From: Botryllus schlosseri
Lineage: Eukaryota
DNA: 64,000 nucleotides
Reading direction: 5' to 3'
NCBI GenBank assembly: GCA_051294905.1
Contig: CM119379.1
Span: forward strand, 19,654,001 to 19,718,000
The notes under the pieces are model-generated. The model was not told the DNA's origin. It saw only the letters and a program-made list of their open reading frames with translations, and did no database searches. The stretch's first letter is position 1. Every line of letters begins with the position of its first letter. A program made the position numbers and the translations under genes. This document shows positions 62,301-64,000 of the stretch, in pieces.

Positions 62301-64000
62301 TCGCGGAAGATTTAATCAATGGAATCAATAATGCATTTCAGTGGTGCCTGCGAATTACCCGCTCGGAATATAATTGATACAGAAGGGATGATTATTTTTA
62401 CTGAGATGGATCTCTGTTGGGATAGCGGCGGAAATTTTCAGAAATGATTGTGCTCGTGATTACAGTGTGATGTCACATCTTCGTTGTCCAATAAGTGTTC
62501 TGAGGAAGAAAAATAAAATCGTCATTGTCAACATGCGGGGGTTCGATGCAATTTCATGAATATATTTGTAAAATCCAAATATCCTGGGGTGAATATATTA
62601 TCTGTTTACCGACGGGGAGAAACTATTTGTTTCTAAAAATAATATCCCTAGCTAAGTTGAATCATATATACGTTCGTCCAACTGGAAATATGCCATACGA
62701 ATACCTACATATGTTTCAAAAATCTCTACGCAATAAATCTGTTCGTTATATACATTCATCCTTAATCTTAGATAATTCCATAAAGCTACTACTATACCGC
62801 AGCATTTGACCATATCTGGTCGGTTGATTATATAGAACACACAGAGTACTAAAATAATAAGTCATTCTGCATAAATATAAATATAAACCGTACAATTTGA
62901 ATTCCGTTCATCTGAAGTTTTTTTTTTGTGATTCTAGATTTTAGTTATTTTCCTTTACATGTAGTTTTCAAGTTCAATCTAAAAATGTAAGGTTCTTGAG
63001 CATTCGCGCCGAACTCTTTTAGTTCGAATTTCACGGGTATTGTATGAGGCGAACTTTCAAAAATGATAATTTGAGAAAATTATCGGTGAGATAAACCTTA
63101 TCATTCGCCGTTTATCAGCAAAGCTTTTCAACTTGAACTAGCATTGCTTCTGGATATGTTTTTTGGGTATCGGTAAATCGCACATAAAAGGAAAAGTGCC
63201 CTTAGCCTTTTGTTTATAACCGGCCATCGTGCTGTTGTCGGTTAAGGCTCGTTTAGGCTATAAACAGAAATTTATCATACCGCCCCACGTCTCATGCCGA
63301 AAATTCGTTTCATCTCAAGCGACGACAGGCTTAGAATGGATGCCTCTAAATCACTTTGGCCTTCTCCGCTATCATTACTCTTCATAAACCAGTGACTTTT
63401 TAGCTTCACGGTACGGCTAATCCGGACAGATAATGGGGTCTTGAGGGGTAATCACCACTGAACAAAATCAACAGTAATCAACCGTCGTTGGGCCTTGCTC
63501 GTTTATGCTTTTCAGAAAGATGCCCCTAATGCTATTTCATCACTCCAGGAATTTCACAGTTCAATAATCTAAACGAAATTATTTTTCTCCCCGCCAGCAT
63601 GTTTCTAAGGACTTACTGTTGGTATTAGATCGACGTATCTTACAAAATGACTGGCTTTCTTTTTGGGCGACGGGACATTTTACTTATTTTAACGGCGGAT
63701 TAGCAGAATACTTCTGCGATAAGCAAGATTGAAACTGTTTGCGTCCGAAAACACTCTGGCGATAAATCACCGTCGGGGACATTACGTTGACGAATATTTA
63801 ATTCGATTATGTCCCATAAGCCCCAAAAGAACTTTTACTGACGCATATTTTTGGTTGCAACATCTCATGATATTATTGTCACTTGCGCCGTGAAAGGAAT
63901 GGTGTGGCCCGGCGATGGCCTGATTGAAGGCTTCATGCGGCCAGCGTATATTTGTTATCATTTGGAATCTCGCTGATTAATGGAAATGTTCACTATAATA

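Overview
Eukaryotic (animal) genomic DNA, AT-rich, with short GT-AG introns (about 60-70 nt) and one 136-N assembly gap. A compact invertebrate genome, possibly tunicate-like, is an inference only. There is no prokaryotic operon, rRNA, true tRNA gene or CRISPR array. The first ~11.4 kb carries minus-strand genes that the ORF track only shows in pieces. One is a spliced, signal-peptide-bearing LRR protein (LRR-NT, 7 LRRs, LRR-CT; ATG 1971). Another is a hand-reconstructed ~192-aa mucin-stalk type I membrane protein with all phase-1 introns (11363->9257). Orphan exons lie between them, including one encoding SRRSRADP-like repeats. The rest is largely non-coding and dense in DNA transposons. These include many hAT MITEs with verifiable 8-bp TSDs (Buster/Charlie-like CAGGGG/CAGTGG ends and Ac-like TAGGG ends), two decayed hAT transposases, two PIF/Harbinger elements, head-to-tail L1/Tx1-like LINE remnants and a tRNA-derived SINE family. 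The most notable structures are: (i) three-level MITE nesting with a matching empty site in the same window and repeated insertion into one site of a host MITE; (ii) a head-to-tail LINE array; (iii) a 2.85-kb Harbinger with a CpG-depleted, splice-signal-rich interior; (iv) the small cluster of surface-protein genes. I found no evidence that firmly establishes a new biological system.
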